64,000 nt of DNA from a cyanobacterium endosymbiont of Rhopalodia gibba (GTDB lineage Bacteria; Cyanobacteriota; Cyanobacteriia; Cyanobacteriales; Microcystaceae). The stretch lies in assembly GCA_045159875.1 (NCBI GenBank), contig CP067995.1, positions 1,152,001 through 1,216,000 of the forward strand, in the 5' to 3' direction. The position numbers and the translations under genes were made by a program. Under the pieces are notes generated by a model that ran no database searches, was not told the DNA's origin, and saw nothing but the letters and a program-made list of their open reading frames with translations. Below are positions 36,419 through 49,042 of this stretch, one piece after another (position 1 is the stretch's first letter; the number at the start of each line of letters is the position of its first letter).

Positions 36419-37678
36419 TTGATTTTCTTTATTCTGGGTTTCTTATTAGGAATGGTCATTTGGGGGTGTAGTTATTACCGCTTTAAATGCCAATTACAGA
36501 AAATATTGACTGCTTCGCCCGATACAGAGGATTTAGTTAAGTCTTTATCTGCAACGTCCTTAGTGCGGCGAGAAATTCTTTATCTTCAAGAAATGTCTCA
36601 ACAGCAAGCTATAGAATTACAACGACAACAATATATCCTGGAGTTGGCCCCAATTGGTTATCTACACATTGATCGGGATAATCAATTGCTGTGGTGCAAT
36701 CAACAAGCGCGACAATTGCTCTATATTGATCGTTGGCAATCGGGACAAGTGCGTCTTTTTCTCGAGTTGGTTCGTTCCTATGAACTCGATCAACTAATTG
36801 AAAAAACACGTAATACTCAAACTGCTCAAGTAGAAGAGTGGGTGTTTTATCAAACACCCTATGTCAATCAAATGCTTGTAAATAATGGAGCTATTACCCT
36901 CAAAGGGACAAGCTATCCCCTCCAGAACAAAGCTGTGGCAGTGTTTTTGGAAAATCAACAACCATTAGCCGAACTGTCGCAATCGCGTAATCGCGCCTTT
37001 TCAGATCTTACCCATGAACTACGAACTCCTTTAACCTCTATTTTTTTAGTGGCTGAAACGTTACAGACTCACCTACAAAACCCTGAACGTCGTTGGGTTG
37101 AACAACTATTAAAGGAAACCGCTCGCTTAATTAATCTAGTCGAAGATTGGCTTGATCTCAGTGAAATTGAGAATAATCTTCATAAAAATCTTACTTATGA
37201 ACACCTAGCTCTAGATGAATTAATTTTGTCAGCGTGGCAAACTTTAGATCCCCTAGCGCAAAAAAGACAAGTTACTCTCGACTGTCATAGTAACTCAAAA
37301 ATTTGGTTTTCGGGTGATCGCTCTCGTTTATACCAAGCATTTCTTAATCTGCTAGACAATAGTTTCAAACATAGTCCTTCTGAATCTAGCATTCAAGTTA
37401 ATCTTAAATTATGTAAAATTAATCAAGCTATCGAAATTGATATTATTGATTGCGGTTCGGGGTTTTCTGAGGCGGATTTACCTTATATTTTTAATCGTTT
37501 ATATCGGGGAGAGCCTTCAAGAGTACGTGCTGGAATAGATCCCCAATCTCCTCGTAAAGGAAGTGGTTTGGGTCTAGCAATTGCCCAAGAGATTGTTTAT
37601 GCTCATGGTGGCTCGATTACTGCTAAAAATCATCCTCATACCCACGGAGCTTGGGTAAAAGTGGTGTTCCCGATTTGA
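36419..37678 (+). CDS. sphS: Sensor histidine kinase (SphS/PhoR-like)
   Basis: LELVRSYELDQLIE, SDLTHELRTPLT, N/G boxes; start codon uncertain. Confidence 0.8.
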   Translation: MIFFILGFLLGMVIWGCSYYRFKCQLQKILTASPDTEDLVKSLSATSLVRREILYLQEMSQQQAIELQRQQYILELAPIGYLHIDRDNQLLWCNQQARQLLYIDRWQSGQVRLFLELVRSYELDQLIEKTRNTQTAQVEEWVFYQTPYVNQMLVNNGAITLKGTSYPLQNKAVAVFLENQQPLAELSQSRNRAFSDLTHELRTPLTSIFLVAETLQTHLQNPERRWVEQLLKETARLINLVEDWLDLSEIENNLHKNLTYEHLALDELILSAWQTLDPLAQKRQVTLDCHSNSKIWFSGDRSRLYQAFLNLLDNSFKHSPSESSIQVNLKLCKINQAIEIDIIDCGSGFSEADLPYIFNRLYRGEPSRVRAGIDPQSPRKGSGLGLAIAQEIVYAHGGSITAKNHPHTHGAWVKVVFPI

Positions 37679-38053
37679 ACGACCCAATTCTACAAGGAGA
37701 GCCTAAAATATTTGTTCATTGTTATAAATTGGCAATTTAGACTAAGAGATAGGGAAGTAATTGACAGTTTGTATATGATTTAGACTAGATCCAGTTTAAA
37801 TGGATAACAGCCTAGAACTAAGATCATGTAACCAGTACAATAAAACCAGATAGCTAGATTATGCATAGTTAAATTCAGGGAGGTGATCGTCAAATTTTAT
37901 CCCTCTTGCCTCTTGTCTTCCTTCCTTAGATAATCTTCAAAGATATGCATGGTCTAAACTTATAGATTATGAGAGAGATTTTTAAGATAATCGCGAATAA
38001 CTTTATTCAGCATTAATAATAAAGGATGAATGGAATAGTGAAAGAGACAAATA

Positions 38054-39046
38054 ATGAATATCAATAGCGCGCTCAAAGTGGGAGTCTTAGGATTTGGGGG
38101 ACTAGGACAAGCGGCTGCCCGAATTCTTACTCCCAAACAAGAGATGACCTGGGTAGCGGCCGCCGATCTTAAAGGTTATGGTTATTGTGAGAAAGGATTA
38201 GATCCTGATCAAGTAATCTCCACATATCATGAAAAGGGGTCTATTGGCTATTGTGAGCCCTATGGAACCTTCAGTAACAAAAGCATTCAAGACTTACTTA
38301 CAACTAAGACGGTTGATGGTTATTTCTTAGCTTTACCTAACCTTCCTAATACCTTCATGGCGGATGTGACTAAGCAATTTATCGCGTCAGGATGGCAAGG
38401 AGTGTTAGTAGATGCCCTCAAGCGTACCAGTGCAGTAGAACAATTACTTAAATTACAATACGAATTAGCTCAAGCTGGAATCACTTACTTGACCGGATGT
38501 GGAGCCACTCCTGGTTTACTCACCGCCGCCGCAACCATAGCCGCCCAAAGTTATGCCGAGGTTCATCATGTTCAAATCTCCTTTGGAGTCGGTATCGTTA
38601 ACTGGGAAGCCTATAGGGCGACGATTCGTGAAGATATCGCTCATTTGCCAGGGTTTGACGTAGAAAAAGCCGAGGGGATGAGCGACGCTGAGGTAGAAGC
38701 CCTTTTAGACAAAACCAATGGTATTCTAACCTTAGAAAAGATGGAACACGCCGATGATATTATGCTAGAACTGGCAGGAGTCTGTGATCGCGATCGGGTA
38801 ACAGTTGGGGGTGTAGTTGATACTCGCAACTCCAGAAAACCTTTAAGTACTAATGTTCAAGTAACTGGGCGTACTTTTGACGGAAAAATTTCTACTCATA
38901 CTTTTACTTTAGGAGACGAAACCAGTATGGCAGCTAATGTTTGCGGACCTGCTTTCGGTTATCTTAAGGCAGGTATGGCGTTACATCGTCGGGGAATTTA
39001 TGGACTATTTACCGCCGCGGAAATAATGCCTAAATTTGTGAGATAA
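38054..39046 (+). CDS. bioU: BioU, saccharopine dehydrogenase-like enzyme of cyanobacterial biotin synthesis
   Basis: [49 protein letters not shown]. Confidence 0.85.
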   Translation: MNINSALKVGVLGFGGLGQAAARILTPKQEMTWVAAADLKGYGYCEKGLDPDQVISTYHEKGSIGYCEPYGTFSNKSIQDLLTTKTVDGYFLALPNLPNTFMADVTKQFIASGWQGVLVDALKRTSAVEQLLKLQYELAQAGITYLTGCGATPGLLTAAATIAAQSYAEVHHVQISFGVGIVNWEAYRATIREDIAHLPGFDVEKAEGMSDAEVEALLDKTNGILTLEKMEHADDIMLELAGVCDRDRVTVGGVVDTRNSRKPLSTNVQVTGRTFDGKISTHTFTLGDETSMAANVCGPAFGYLKAGMALHRRGIYGLFTAAEIMPKFVR

Positions 39047-39199
39047 AACACTTTTATCAAACAACAGGCGATGTTCAAAATTCTGGTTTTAAAACAGGAG
39101 ATGTGAGACGTCATGTAATATGATTATCCGAATCGATCTAATACTGAGCAACTCAGTTAAGTGTGGACATAGTAATAGTTTGCGTAAACTGGACGCGAA

Positions 39200-39827
39200 C
39201 TTATTCCTATTAGTATTTATATTTAATTTCTTATAAGTGGATGTGGGTGAGCTTAAATAAGTAGAAAATAGATTCAACAGTGGGGATTTAAGAGCTAATT
39301 CTTCTCTGCCCATCCGGTTCAATCTCTTTTGTACAGATGCATCGGAAAGGCAGTCATGTGGTTACTTTCAAACATCCTTTGCTTGATTTTAGACATATTA
39401 GTTTTTTAATAGTTGAAGGGAAAAATGGGAGCGTGCCCAGATGTGAACAGAGACTTAAAGGCAATAGCGGTGAAGGGCTTGGGCGTATTCAATGGCGGTT
39501 TGGGGGACTCTATAAAAGGCGCCAAAGATGAGGTCAAAGTGGTAGTCGGGGAGATATACACCAGTTCCGGGACTTAGAGATACTAGTAATATGTCAAAGT
39601 TTCTAACTTGCTGGAAAGTAGACTTTATCTTCAATAAAAGCCACATTTTCGGGGAACACTATTAGTTTTCTGTACAGCAGGGAGAACGGCAAAGAGCTGC
39701 GCCACTAGTTGGCTACTGTTCAAATCTTTGATAGGAGTAATTTAGATCATCAAATACTTCGGTAGGTATCGAGATAAGATTTTATATTTATAACGCCAGA
39801 CATCAGTAAATATGGCTTCTAGCATGG
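39200..39827 (-). pseudogene. Pseudogene of an unidentified protein
   Basis: Coding-like composition with fragmented frames (PDYHFDLIFGAFYRVPQTAIEYAQALHRYCL); ends approximate. Confidence 0.5.
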
Positions 39828-39847
39828 AGTTGCTGTTCTCCTTTCCT

Positions 39848-39891
39848 ACCATAACTTTTCGTCAAACTCAAGTTTGACGAAAAGTTATGGT
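39848..39891. repeat. Perfect inverted repeat, 21-bp arms, 2-nt spacer
   Basis: accataacttttcgtcaaact-ca-agtttgacgaaaagttatggt. Confidence 0.95.
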
Positions 39892-41012
39892 CTTGATTAT
39901 TAGCGATTATTCTTTTATATAATCGTTAACCTCGTCATATTTTGACTGAAATATTGAGAATAAGAGCAGTGTTTTTAAAAATTGTTAGACTTACTTTGAA
40001 ATTCGGTTATTACTAGTTAGTCATACTCAGTATAAAAAATTCTTGATTGATAATATTAAGATAATTGAGAATAAGTTAAATTTACAAAACAAAAATTTAC
40101 TTCCTTTCTGTCTTTTAGTTTATGGTGATGATGGTGTTATCTTCGTTTGTGATAAAAAATTATGACTAGAGTAGCTATAACTTATTCAAAAAAATTTGTG
40201 CTTTCCTAGATTATTTATCGTATATCTACACATTCAACATTTTTATTAATAAATAAATATAAACTATTTTTTAAATAAAAAAATAAAAAATACAATTTAA
40301 TAAATAAACTACATAATTAATTATTTAATTAATACAATTAGCTAATCAATATAGACAAAGAAAAAAGCTAAGCATCATTTTTTAGTCAAAAAATAGTTTT
40401 GATATAACTCAAAAATATAAATAATAAAATTCATAAAAAGTACTAATTTACCAGTAAAATACGACATTAAGTAGTTACTAACTATTTCTTGAAATTAATC
40501 GTTGCTAGTTTAGATACACTCAATACCGAATTTATTTAATAAAGAGCTATATTTTGTTAATAAAAAATAATCTACACTAAAACTGACGTTGAAAGTAATT
40601 TTTTAAAATCCAGGAACTAATGTCGTACATTTTATTCTAAACAATAAAAAAATTGCATTATATATTGAACGTTTATCAAGATAAATAGAGGTGTATAAAT
40701 TTTTTAAAAATTTATAGTATCTTTTTAAAAGAAATAAATAGTGCCGAGTAAAATTTATCTTCTAAGATAGATTAATAACAACCTATTTTACAAAAAAAAA
40801 ATAGATAAACGTAGTAAAAGACAAAACTTATTAAAGAGTTCTATTAAACTGATATTGTTTTTACAAACTTATCACACTCAATTTAGAAAAAATCAACTTT
40901 TAAAAAGTAAATATTATTAATTTATATATAAAATACTTCCTCAAACTGTTCTCAAAGAGAACTTAAGGAGCTAATCTAAAAAAGAGTCAATATTTGTTGA
41001 AGGTTCTTTACT

Positions 41013-42455
41013 ATGTTATTTCCTGTTAACCCGATTAAATTTGGCACCGATGGTTGGCGTGGTGTTATTGCTGCCGAGTTTACTTTTGAACGAGTCGCTT
41101 TGTTAGCCCCCCTCGTAGCCAAAATCTTAGCTGATAATTATGGAACCTCTGATAGAACACGCCAAGTGATTGTGGGATATGATCGTCGATTTTTAGCCGA
41201 AGAATTTGCTCAAGTTGCCGCTGAAGCTATACAAAAAGCAGGATTTGATGTGATATTATCCCAATCTTATGCCCCTACTCCCGCCTTTAGTTGGGCAGCC
41301 AAACAACAAAATGTCTTAGGTGCGATTGTCTTAACCGCAAGTCACAACCCCGCTAAATATTTAGGATTAAAAGTAAAAGGAGCGTTTGGTGGCTCAGTTT
41401 CTCAGGAAATAACCCAACAAATTGAAACTTTACTGCTTAATCCTCCTATTTTTGATTCTAAATCAGGAACCTTAACTTACTTTGATCCTTGGGAAAGTTA
41501 CTGTTATGAGTTACAACAAAAAGTTAATATCGAAACAATTCGCGGGGCTATTTTATCGGGCAAATTAAAGGTGTTTGTTGATGTAATGCACGGAGCTGCC
41601 GCAACAGGCTTAAAACGGTTATTAAGCTGTGCTATTGAAGAGATTAACGGTGATCGCGATACCTTATTTGAAGGAGGTGCCCCTGAACCTTTGCCTCGTT
41701 ATTTATCAAAGTTATTTAATACCATCAAAACCTCAGCCAGTCAGGGAGACAATAGATTAAAAGTTGGTTTAGTTTTTGATGGAGATGGTGATCGTATTGC
41801 TGCAGTAGATGGACAAGGAAATTTTCTAAGTTCTCAAGTTTTAATTCCTATTTTGATTGATCATTTGGCCAAACGTAAGGGCTTTACAGGGGAAATTATT
41901 AAAACTGTAAGTGGTTCAGATTTAACTTCTCGTCTAGCCAAAATTTACAGTCTTTCGGTTTATGAAACTCCTATTGGTTATAAATATATTACGGATCGAA
42001 TGTTAACTACTGATACCTTGATTGGGGGAGAAGAATCTGGGGGAATTGGTTATGGAACTCATATTCCTGAACGAGATGCTTTATTATCAGCTTTATATGT
42101 CTTAGAAGCTATGGTAGAAAGTAGTAAAGACTTAGGTCAATATTACGCCTATTTACAAGATAAAACCGATTTTTATAATGTTTATGATCGTCTTGATTTA
42201 CCATTAGCTAATGTAGAAGTTCGGGTAAAAATACTAAAAAAACTGCAACAAGAACCGTTAACCGAAATTGCTGGACAAAAAGTATTAAATTGTTCGACAA
42301 AAGATGGTTATAAATATCGCTTAGCTGATGGAAGTTGGTTATTGATTCGCTTTAGTGGGACTGAACCAGTATTACGGTTATATTGTGAATCAATAACCAA
42401 CAAACAAGTCCATCAAATTTTAAATTGGATAAAAGATTGGGCAAATTCAGTTTAA
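41013..42455 (+). CDS. Phosphoglucomutase/phosphomannomutase family protein
   Basis: FGTDGWRG, TASHNP, DGDGDR, GEESGG, RFSGTEP. Confidence 0.95.
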   Translation: MLFPVNPIKFGTDGWRGVIAAEFTFERVALLAPLVAKILADNYGTSDRTRQVIVGYDRRFLAEEFAQVAAEAIQKAGFDVILSQSYAPTPAFSWAAKQQNVLGAIVLTASHNPAKYLGLKVKGAFGGSVSQEITQQIETLLLNPPIFDSKSGTLTYFDPWESYCYELQQKVNIETIRGAILSGKLKVFVDVMHGAAATGLKRLLSCAIEEINGDRDTLFEGGAPEPLPRYLSKLFNTIKTSASQGDNRLKVGLVFDGDGDRIAAVDGQGNFLSSQVLIPILIDHLAKRKGFTGEIIKTVSGSDLTSRLAKIYSLSVYETPIGYKYITDRMLTTDTLIGGEESGGIGYGTHIPERDALLSALYVLEAMVESSKDLGQYYAYLQDKTDFYNVYDRLDLPLANVEVRVKILKKLQQEPLTEIAGQKVLNCSTKDGYKYRLADGSWLLIRFSGTEPVLRLYCESITNKQVHQILNWIKDWANSV

Positions 42456-42753
42456 CTTAACTTTAGTTTCGATCAAGATTATTTTGCTACTCATTTTACG
42501 GAAAAATTACATATAAAGATGATGATAGAATTGGACAGTTAACTTGACTAAAATTTAGAGGATATAAAATCCTATTTCCGTACGCTATTATAGAAAATAT
42601 ATCTCCAAAATATCAAGTAATTTAATTGATAAATAACTCATTGATGTTATTGAACCTACGCTTGATCTTGTGTTAAAAAGTCATAACTGATAACTCAGGA
42701 GATTCTTACCCTTTATTATGTTAACCTGGGTGGGTGTTTCCCACCTGATGATT

Positions 42754-45700
42754 TTAAGAAAAATAGTCCTGTAGTGCCCTAACTTCTAGAGGTTGGGTTT
42801 GTAAAGCTCGAATAGCTGCAACAGTTGCTTTTGCCCCTGCTATTGTTGTGATAACCGGTAGTTTATAATCCAAGGCAGTGCGACGAATTAAGCGACCATC
42901 CATTTGAGATTCTTCACCACTGGGAGTATTGATAATAAATTGAATCTGTTTATTTTTGATCCAATCTATTATATGAGGACGACCTTCATGGAGTTTAAAA
43001 ATAACTTCTACATCTTCAATTCCATTGTCGGATAAGACTTGTTGAGTTCCTGAAGTTGCAACAATTTTAAATCCTAAAGAAACTAGGTCTTTAACGACTG
43101 AAACTGTCGAAACTTTATCTCGATTACTCATGGAAATAAAGACTGTTCCGGTCGTAGCTAAGTCAACTCCAGCAGCAATTTCTGCTTTAGCAAAAGCTTT
43201 ACCAAAGTCATCATCTATTCCCATCACTTCCCCAGTAGAACGCATTTCTGGTCCTAATAAAGTATCAGTTTCTGGAAATTTTTGGAAAGGAAAAACTACT
43301 TCTTTGACAGCAATATGACGGGGAACAAATTCCTCAGTTATTTTTAACTCTTCTAAAGTTTTTCCTGACATAAGTAAAGAGGCAATTTTAGCTAAAGGTC
43401 TTCCCGTTGCTTTAGACACATAGGGAACAGTGCGAGATGCACGAAGATTTGCTTCTAAAATGTAAACATTTTCTCCCTGAATAGCATATTGAATGTTAAT
43501 TAACCCGATAACTTTCAAGCTATTTGCTAAGTTAGTTGTCCAAGTTCTAATAGTATCAATAACCGTGGCAGAAAGGGAGGTAAAAGGAAGAGAACAAGCC
43601 GAATCTCCAGAGTGCACACCTGCTTCTTCAATGTGTTCCATAATGCCGCCAATAACCACATTTCCGGTTATATCACATAAAGCATCAACATCAACTTCGA
43701 TCGCATTTTCAAGAAACCTATCAATTAGAATAGGATAGTTAGGTTCTACTTGTACAGCGTATGTCATGTAATGTTCTAATTCTTTGTCGGAATAGACAAT
43801 TTCCATAGCTCTTCCTCCCAACACATAGGAAGGACGTACAACGACAGGATAACCAATACAAGAAGCAATAACTAATGATTCTTCATAACTGCGAGAAATT
43901 CCGTTAGGAGGTTGTTTAATTTCAATATCATGTAATATCTTGCCAAAGCGCTCCCGATCTTCTGCCGTATCGATTGCGTCGGGAGAGGTTCCCCAAATTT
44001 TGGTTTGGACAGGGCACTCGGGACTATCGAGGTATGCCTGCAAGGGAACTGCCAATTTCAGGGGAGTTTGACCTCCAAATTGAATAATGATACCCACAGG
44101 GTTCTCAGTTTCGATAACGTTCAAGACATCTTCTTTAGTTATGGGTTCAAAATACAATCTATCGCTTGTATCGTAGTCGGTGGAAACGGTTTCAGGGTTA
44201 GAATTCACCATAATGGTTTCAAATCCTGCATCACTGAGGGAAAAGGATGCATGACAGCAACAATAGTCAAATTCAATTCCTTGTCCAATACGGTTAGGAC
44301 CTCCCCCTAAGATCATGACTTTCTGTTTCTCACTAGGAGTCACTTCTGTTTCTGAAGGTTCATAAGTGGAATAGAAATAGGGAGTAAAGGCTTCAAATTC
44401 TGTCGCGCAAGTATCTACAACTTTGTATACTGGAATGATGCCTAAACTCTTGCGATAGCTTCTGACCTCATCTTCATTAGTTTTCGTGGCAAAAGCAATT
44501 TGGTGATCGCTAAACCCTTGTTGTTTAATCAACCGCATTTTTTTTGTCGTAATGTTGGTTAAGGGAGTTTGTTTGAGGAATTTTTCACTTTCACTGAGTT
44601 CTTGTAACTTATCCAAAAACCAGATATCAATGGCAGTCAATTCGTGAATTTCGTCTACGGTCATCCCCAGTTGCAACGCATGATATATACTATAAACACG
44701 ATCAGGATTGGGGGTTCGTAGATTAGCGCGGACTTGGGATAGAGTCGGTAAGGTTTCTTTGTGGTCGCAGCCGAAGCCATATCGTCCTGTTTCTAGTGCT
44801 CGTAAGGCTTTTTGAAAAGACTCTTGAAAAGTTCGTCCTATAGCCATTACTTCGCCTACAGACTTCATTTGGGTAGTTAGAATGGGTTGGGAACCATGGA
44901 ATTTTTCAAATGTAAAACGTGGTATTTTCGTCACCACATAGTCAATGCTCGGTTCAAAGGATGCGGGAGTTTGTTTAGTGATGTCGTTGTTTATTTCATT
45001 GAGAGTGTATCCCACTGCTAATTTAGCGGCAATTTTAGCAATGGGAAACCCTGTTGCTTTGGATGCTAATGCAGATGATCGTGATACACGGGGATTCATT
45101 TCAATGACAATCACATCTCCATTGACAGGGTTAACAGCAAATTGAATATTAGACCCTCCCGTTTCTACGCCAATCTGGCGGATAATTGCTTGAGAATAAT
45201 CTCTCAATCGTTGATATTCTTTGTCAGTTAACGTCTGTGCGGGCGCTACTGTTATAGAGTCCCCTGTATGGATTCCCATAGGGTCAAAGTTTTCGATTGA
45301 ACAGATAACGACCACATTATCAGCTAAGTCCCGCATCACTTCCAATTCATATTCTTTCCATCCTAACAAAGATTTTTCGATTAAAATTTGAGAAACAGGA
45401 GACGCATTAATCCCAAATTGCACCATTTCTTCAAATTCTTCTTGATTATAAGCAATACCTCCTCCCGTTCCTCCAAGAGTGAATGCAGGGCGTATTATCA
45501 AGGGATAAGGTCCAATTTCTTGAACAATTCTCTGTGCTTGTTTGAGGGTACTGGCAATACCCGAAGGACAAACAGGAACCCCAATTTTTGCCATCGCTTT
45601 TTTAAATAACTCCCGATCTTCTGCCATTTCAATAGCTGGCAGTTTCGCACCGATCAATTCCACATTATATCTATCCAAAACTCCACTTTTGGCTAAAGAC

Positions 45701-45999
45701 ACCGTCACATTAAGAGCAGTTTGACCTCCCATTGTTGGTAATAACGCATCAGGACGTTCTTTGGCAATGACTTTTTCTACCATATCGGGGATTAGGGGTT
45801 CGATATAGGTGCGATCAGCCATTTCAGGATCGGTCATAATAGATGCAGGGTTAGAGTTGACCAATACAATTTCATATCCTTCTTCTCGCAATGCTTTACA
45901 AGCTTGAGTCCCAGAATAGTCGAATTCGCTAGCTTGTCCAATAACAATGGGTCCTGCACCTAAAATTAAGATTTTTTTTAAGTCGTTGCGGCGTGGCAT
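42754..45999 (-). CDS. carB: Carbamoyl-phosphate synthase large subunit
   Basis: [15 protein letters not shown], duplicated ATP-grasp domains, MGS domain. Confidence 0.98.
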   Translation of the reverse strand: MPRRNDLKKILILGAGPIVIGQASEFDYSGTQACKALREEGYEIVLVNSNPASIMTDPEMADRTYIEPLIPDMVEKVIAKERPDALLPTMGGQTALNVTVSLAKSGVLDRYNVELIGAKLPAIEMAEDRELFKKAMAKIGVPVCPSGIASTLKQAQRIVQEIGPYPLIIRPAFTLGGTGGGIAYNQEEFEEMVQFGINASPVSQILIEKSLLGWKEYELEVMRDLADNVVVICSIENFDPMGIHTGDSITVAPAQTLTDKEYQRLRDYSQAIIRQIGVETGGSNIQFAVNPVNGDVIVIEMNPRVSRSSALASKATGFPIAKIAAKLAVGYTLNEINNDITKQTPASFEPSIDYVVTKIPRFTFEKFHGSQPILTTQMKSVGEVMAIGRTFQESFQKALRALETGRYGFGCDHKETLPTLSQVRANLRTPNPDRVYSIYHALQLGMTVDEIHELTAIDIWFLDKLQELSESEKFLKQTPLTNITTKKMRLIKQQGFSDHQIAFATKTNEDEVRSYRKSLGIIPVYKVVDTCATEFEAFTPYFYSTYEPSETEVTPSEKQKVMILGGGPNRIGQGIEFDYCCCHASFSLSDAGFETIMVNSNPETVSTDYDTSDRLYFEPITKEDVLNVIETENPVGIIIQFGGQTPLKLAVPLQAYLDSPECPVQTKIWGTSPDAIDTAEDRERFGKILHDIEIKQPPNGISRSYEESLVIASCIGYPVVVRPSYVLGGRAMEIVYSDKELEHYMTYAVQVEPNYPILIDRFLENAIEVDVDALCDITGNVVIGGIMEHIEEAGVHSGDSACSLPFTSLSATVIDTIRTWTTNLANSLKVIGLINIQYAIQGENVYILEANLRASRTVPYVSKATGRPLAKIASLLMSGKTLEELKITEEFVPRHIAVKEVVFPFQKFPETDTLLGPEMRSTGEVMGIDDDFGKAFAKAEIAAGVDLATTGTVFISMSNRDKVSTVSVVKDLVSLGFKIVATSGTQQVLSDNGIEDVEVIFKLHEGRPHIIDWIKNKQIQFIINTPSGEESQMDGRLIRRTALDYKLPVITTIAGAKATVAAIRALQTQPLEVRALQDYFS

Positions 46000-46013
46000 A
46001 AGCGTTTTTGTAG

Positions 46014-46048
46014 AGTAGATAGAATAAACCGAGGTTATTCTATCTACT
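46014..46048. repeat. Perfect 14-bp inverted repeat just upstream of the carB start
   Basis: agtagatagaataa-accgagg-ttattctatctact. Confidence 0.9.
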
Positions 46049-46979
46049 GTCTGTAGGATTTTATGTTTACCCTAATCCTTTATTCAGGTTTAAGGGATTT
46101 GGGAAAGGCAATAAACAATAGGTAAAAATTAAGTTTTTTGGATTTTATATCCTGATTTCTATCTAATTCACTAAAACTAGTAACGAATGTATTAAGTCTA
46201 GTTTTGTTTATGAGTGATAATCCGTCACAATTTACTACCAATCCTTGAAACTCAGTTTATCATGAGAAACTGTATAATTATTTTTTTTCTTAAGATATCA
46301 ATAAAAAATCATGTACGATAGTTTAATTCACTTGGCTGGAGCAGTATTGAGTCGAAATCAGAAGACTTGCGTAATTCAGAAAAAGACATTTATTTTCGTT
46401 AAAATGACACTGATTAGAATTCGTTGTTTAAAAAGTAAAAATACGTTTTTTGTACCTGCTTATATGACTAATTACTATGACACGTAGTTCAGAATAATAT
46501 TATTTGAGCATGTTAGTTATTAATGAGCATCTTTTTAGGTCTATAAGGGACAGATTTATATTTAGAAATTAATAAACTTTGTCTTAAAAAGTAAAGTAAA
46601 GAGATAAATTTACTAAGACTTCTATTATACAATGAGCTGTTTTGGAATTAAAAGAATTATTTTTGATATCAGTATAGAAGATAGTTATTGCTGCTTATCA
46701 AGAAAAAAATGTATGATTATCTCCCGTATTTTTATAATTACATTGTGTCTTTCTCCCTAGCTTTGATAATCTTTACGTCAAACTTTTTGACTAGAAAAAA
46801 ATTCAGGGAATGTCTATGCTCAATATTTTTGTTTAATTTCATTGACTCTATTGATTTTCAACTTTCCCTCGCTTGAATACTTCTAGGAATTATTCAAACA
46901 ATTCCAAAAACCCGATCCCCTAAACTCCTCAAAGTTTGATAGTCTAAACTAATACCTATAGGGAACGGGATATAAATTT

Positions 46980-48143
46980 GTGGATATAGTGATAGGTCGA
47001 GGTAAAACTGCCCGACGAGCCTACGGGATAGATGAAATTGCTCTTGCTCCTGGGAACCGAACTTTAGACCCGAGTTTAACACAGACTAACTGGACTGTCG
47101 GTGGCATTGAAAGGAACATACCCATTATTGCCAGTGCAATGGATGGCGTCGTTGATGTCAAAATGGCGGTATTGCTATCCGAATTAGGAGCCATAGGAGT
47201 TCTCAACTTAGAAGGGATACAAACTCGCTATGAGGATCCTAATCCTATTCTTGATCGCATTGCATCAGTTGGGAAATCAGAATTTGTAGGGTTAATGCAA
47301 GAATTATATGCTAAATCTGTCGAACCGGAATTGATTAAGAAGCGTATCACTGATATTAAAGACCAAGGGGGCATTGCAGCAGTAAGTCTGACTCCAGCGG
47401 GAGCTTCTCAATATGGTCAAATGGTGGCCGAAGCAGGAGCAGATTTACTATTTGTTCAAGCGACGGTGGTTTCTATCGCTCACTCTTCCCCTAAATCCAT
47501 CAGTTCCCTAAACATAAGGCAATTTTGCCACGAAATGCCTATGCCGGTGGTTTTGGGCAACTGTGTTACTTACGAAGTTGCATTAAGTCTGATGAAAGCC
47601 GGGGCAGCCAGTGTTTTAGTAGGCATAGGTCCTGGGGCTGCTTGTACCTCCCGTGGTGTGTTAGGGGTAGGAGTTCCTCAAGCAACTGCTGTAGCTGACT
47701 GTGCCGCGGCACGCGATGAGTATTACCAAGAAACTGGACACTACATTCCTGTAATTGCCGATGGGGGAGTTGTGACAGGAGGAGATATTTGTAAATGTGT
47801 CGCCTGTGGGGCTGATGCGGTGATGATTGGCTCCCCAATTGCTCGGTCGATAGAAGCCCCTGGACGGGGATATCATTGGGGTATGGCGACTCCTTCTCCA
47901 GTATTACCGAGGGGAACTCGGATTGATGTGGGAATCACTGGAACAATTAAGGAAATTCTCACCGGACCTGCTCGATTAGACGATGGAACCCACAACTTAT
48001 TAGGTGCACTCAAAACCAGTATGGGAACTTTAGGAGCAAAAACCATAAAAGATATGCAACAGGTTGAAGTTGTAATTGCACCGTCTTTATTAACAGAAGG
48101 AAAAGTATACCAAAAAGCTCAAAAGTTAGGCATGGGTAAGTAA
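46980..48143 (+). CDS. guaB: GuaB3-type IMP dehydrogenase
   Basis: RRAYGIDEIAL, GIGPGAACTSR, no CBS domains. Confidence 0.93.
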   Translation: MDIVIGRGKTARRAYGIDEIALAPGNRTLDPSLTQTNWTVGGIERNIPIIASAMDGVVDVKMAVLLSELGAIGVLNLEGIQTRYEDPNPILDRIASVGKSEFVGLMQELYAKSVEPELIKKRITDIKDQGGIAAVSLTPAGASQYGQMVAEAGADLLFVQATVVSIAHSSPKSISSLNIRQFCHEMPMPVVLGNCVTYEVALSLMKAGAASVLVGIGPGAACTSRGVLGVGVPQATAVADCAAARDEYYQETGHYIPVIADGGVVTGGDICKCVACGADAVMIGSPIARSIEAPGRGYHWGMATPSPVLPRGTRIDVGITGTIKEILTGPARLDDGTHNLLGALKTSMGTLGAKTIKDMQQVEVVIAPSLLTEGKVYQKAQKLGMGK

Positions 48144-48312
48144 TTTATCGCAATTCCTATGTTGGTGAAGCATACAGTTTTTTTTATGAGTAGCTTATGA
48201 GTCCGAAAAGTTCTATCATTGACGGTTAAGAATCACAGCTCTTCTAGCCTAGCTATGACAAGGTCTTCATGAAAAAGCTAAGATTCTTGCTCTATAAGAT
48301 TTACAGGATTAT

Positions 48313-48344
48313 GAAAACTTGATTTTGATCAAAATCAAGTTTTC
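48313..48344. repeat. Perfect 32-bp palindrome, no spacer
   Basis: gaaaacttgattttga|tcaaaatcaagttttc. Confidence 0.95.
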
Positions 48345-48541
48345 GCAGTGATAGAATACCAAAAATAACTTGCGGTTCTTCTTGTGTTTGTACCTATTTC
48401 ATCTTTATTAAAAAAGTACATTAACTGATTTTATTTCAGTGTGTTGAACATTGAATTAAACTAAACTTTAATTCACCTTTAGTATGACGCTTGGTACAAT
48501 TAGATTAGCGAATGATAGCCACGGATAGGAGGCGTAAGACA

Positions 48542-49042
48542 ATGCAATCCCTCTACATTCCTCATTTACTTCAATGTACCGAGAGAACCCAAACTATTCT
48601 TATTGATGATTTTATCCCTGACTTAGATACTTTGATGCCTTTTCGTGGGTCCCTGAGCATTCGTCATGGGGGAACATTCCTAGATATAAAATTAAGGGGG
48701 GAAACCATTATTACGTTGATCTGCGATCGCTGCGCACAACAATACAATCATCGTATTGTTGTCGATACTTCGGAAATTGTCTGGCTCGACAAAAACCTAA
48801 GCTTGTCTGAAATTCCCCAAGAAAGAGAAGTTTCTTGGGAGGATTTATCAGAAACCCTTTCCCCTAATGGACATCTTAATTCTGAAACCTGGCTTTATGA
48901 ACAATTATCATTGGCAATGCCTCTTAGAAGGTTATGTGGAAAGAACTGTCAGCAACCTATTTCTGATTGTGCTCAAAATCCATCCCCCATTGATAATCGT
49001 TGGGCTTCGTTAGAATGTTTAAAACAAAAGCTTTCACAATGA
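48542..49042 (+). CDS. YceD/DUF177 family protein
   Basis: CDRC, EQLSLAMP, C...C, IDNRWASL. Confidence 0.9.
   Translation: MQSLYIPHLLQCTERTQTILIDDFIPDLDTLMPFRGSLSIRHGGTFLDIKLRGETIITLICDRCAQQYNHRIVVDTSEIVWLDKNLSLSEIPQEREVSWEDLSETLSPNGHLNSETWLYEQLSLAMPLRRLCGKNCQQPISDCAQNPSPIDNRWASLECLKQKLSQ

Noticed and set aside
37680..38050. Expected phoU/sphU downstream of sphS
   Set aside because: No remnant visible; the gene may lie elsewhere, so absence here is uninformative
46688..46876. 62-aa ORF upstream of guaB
   Set aside because: TTG start, low complexity, no motif
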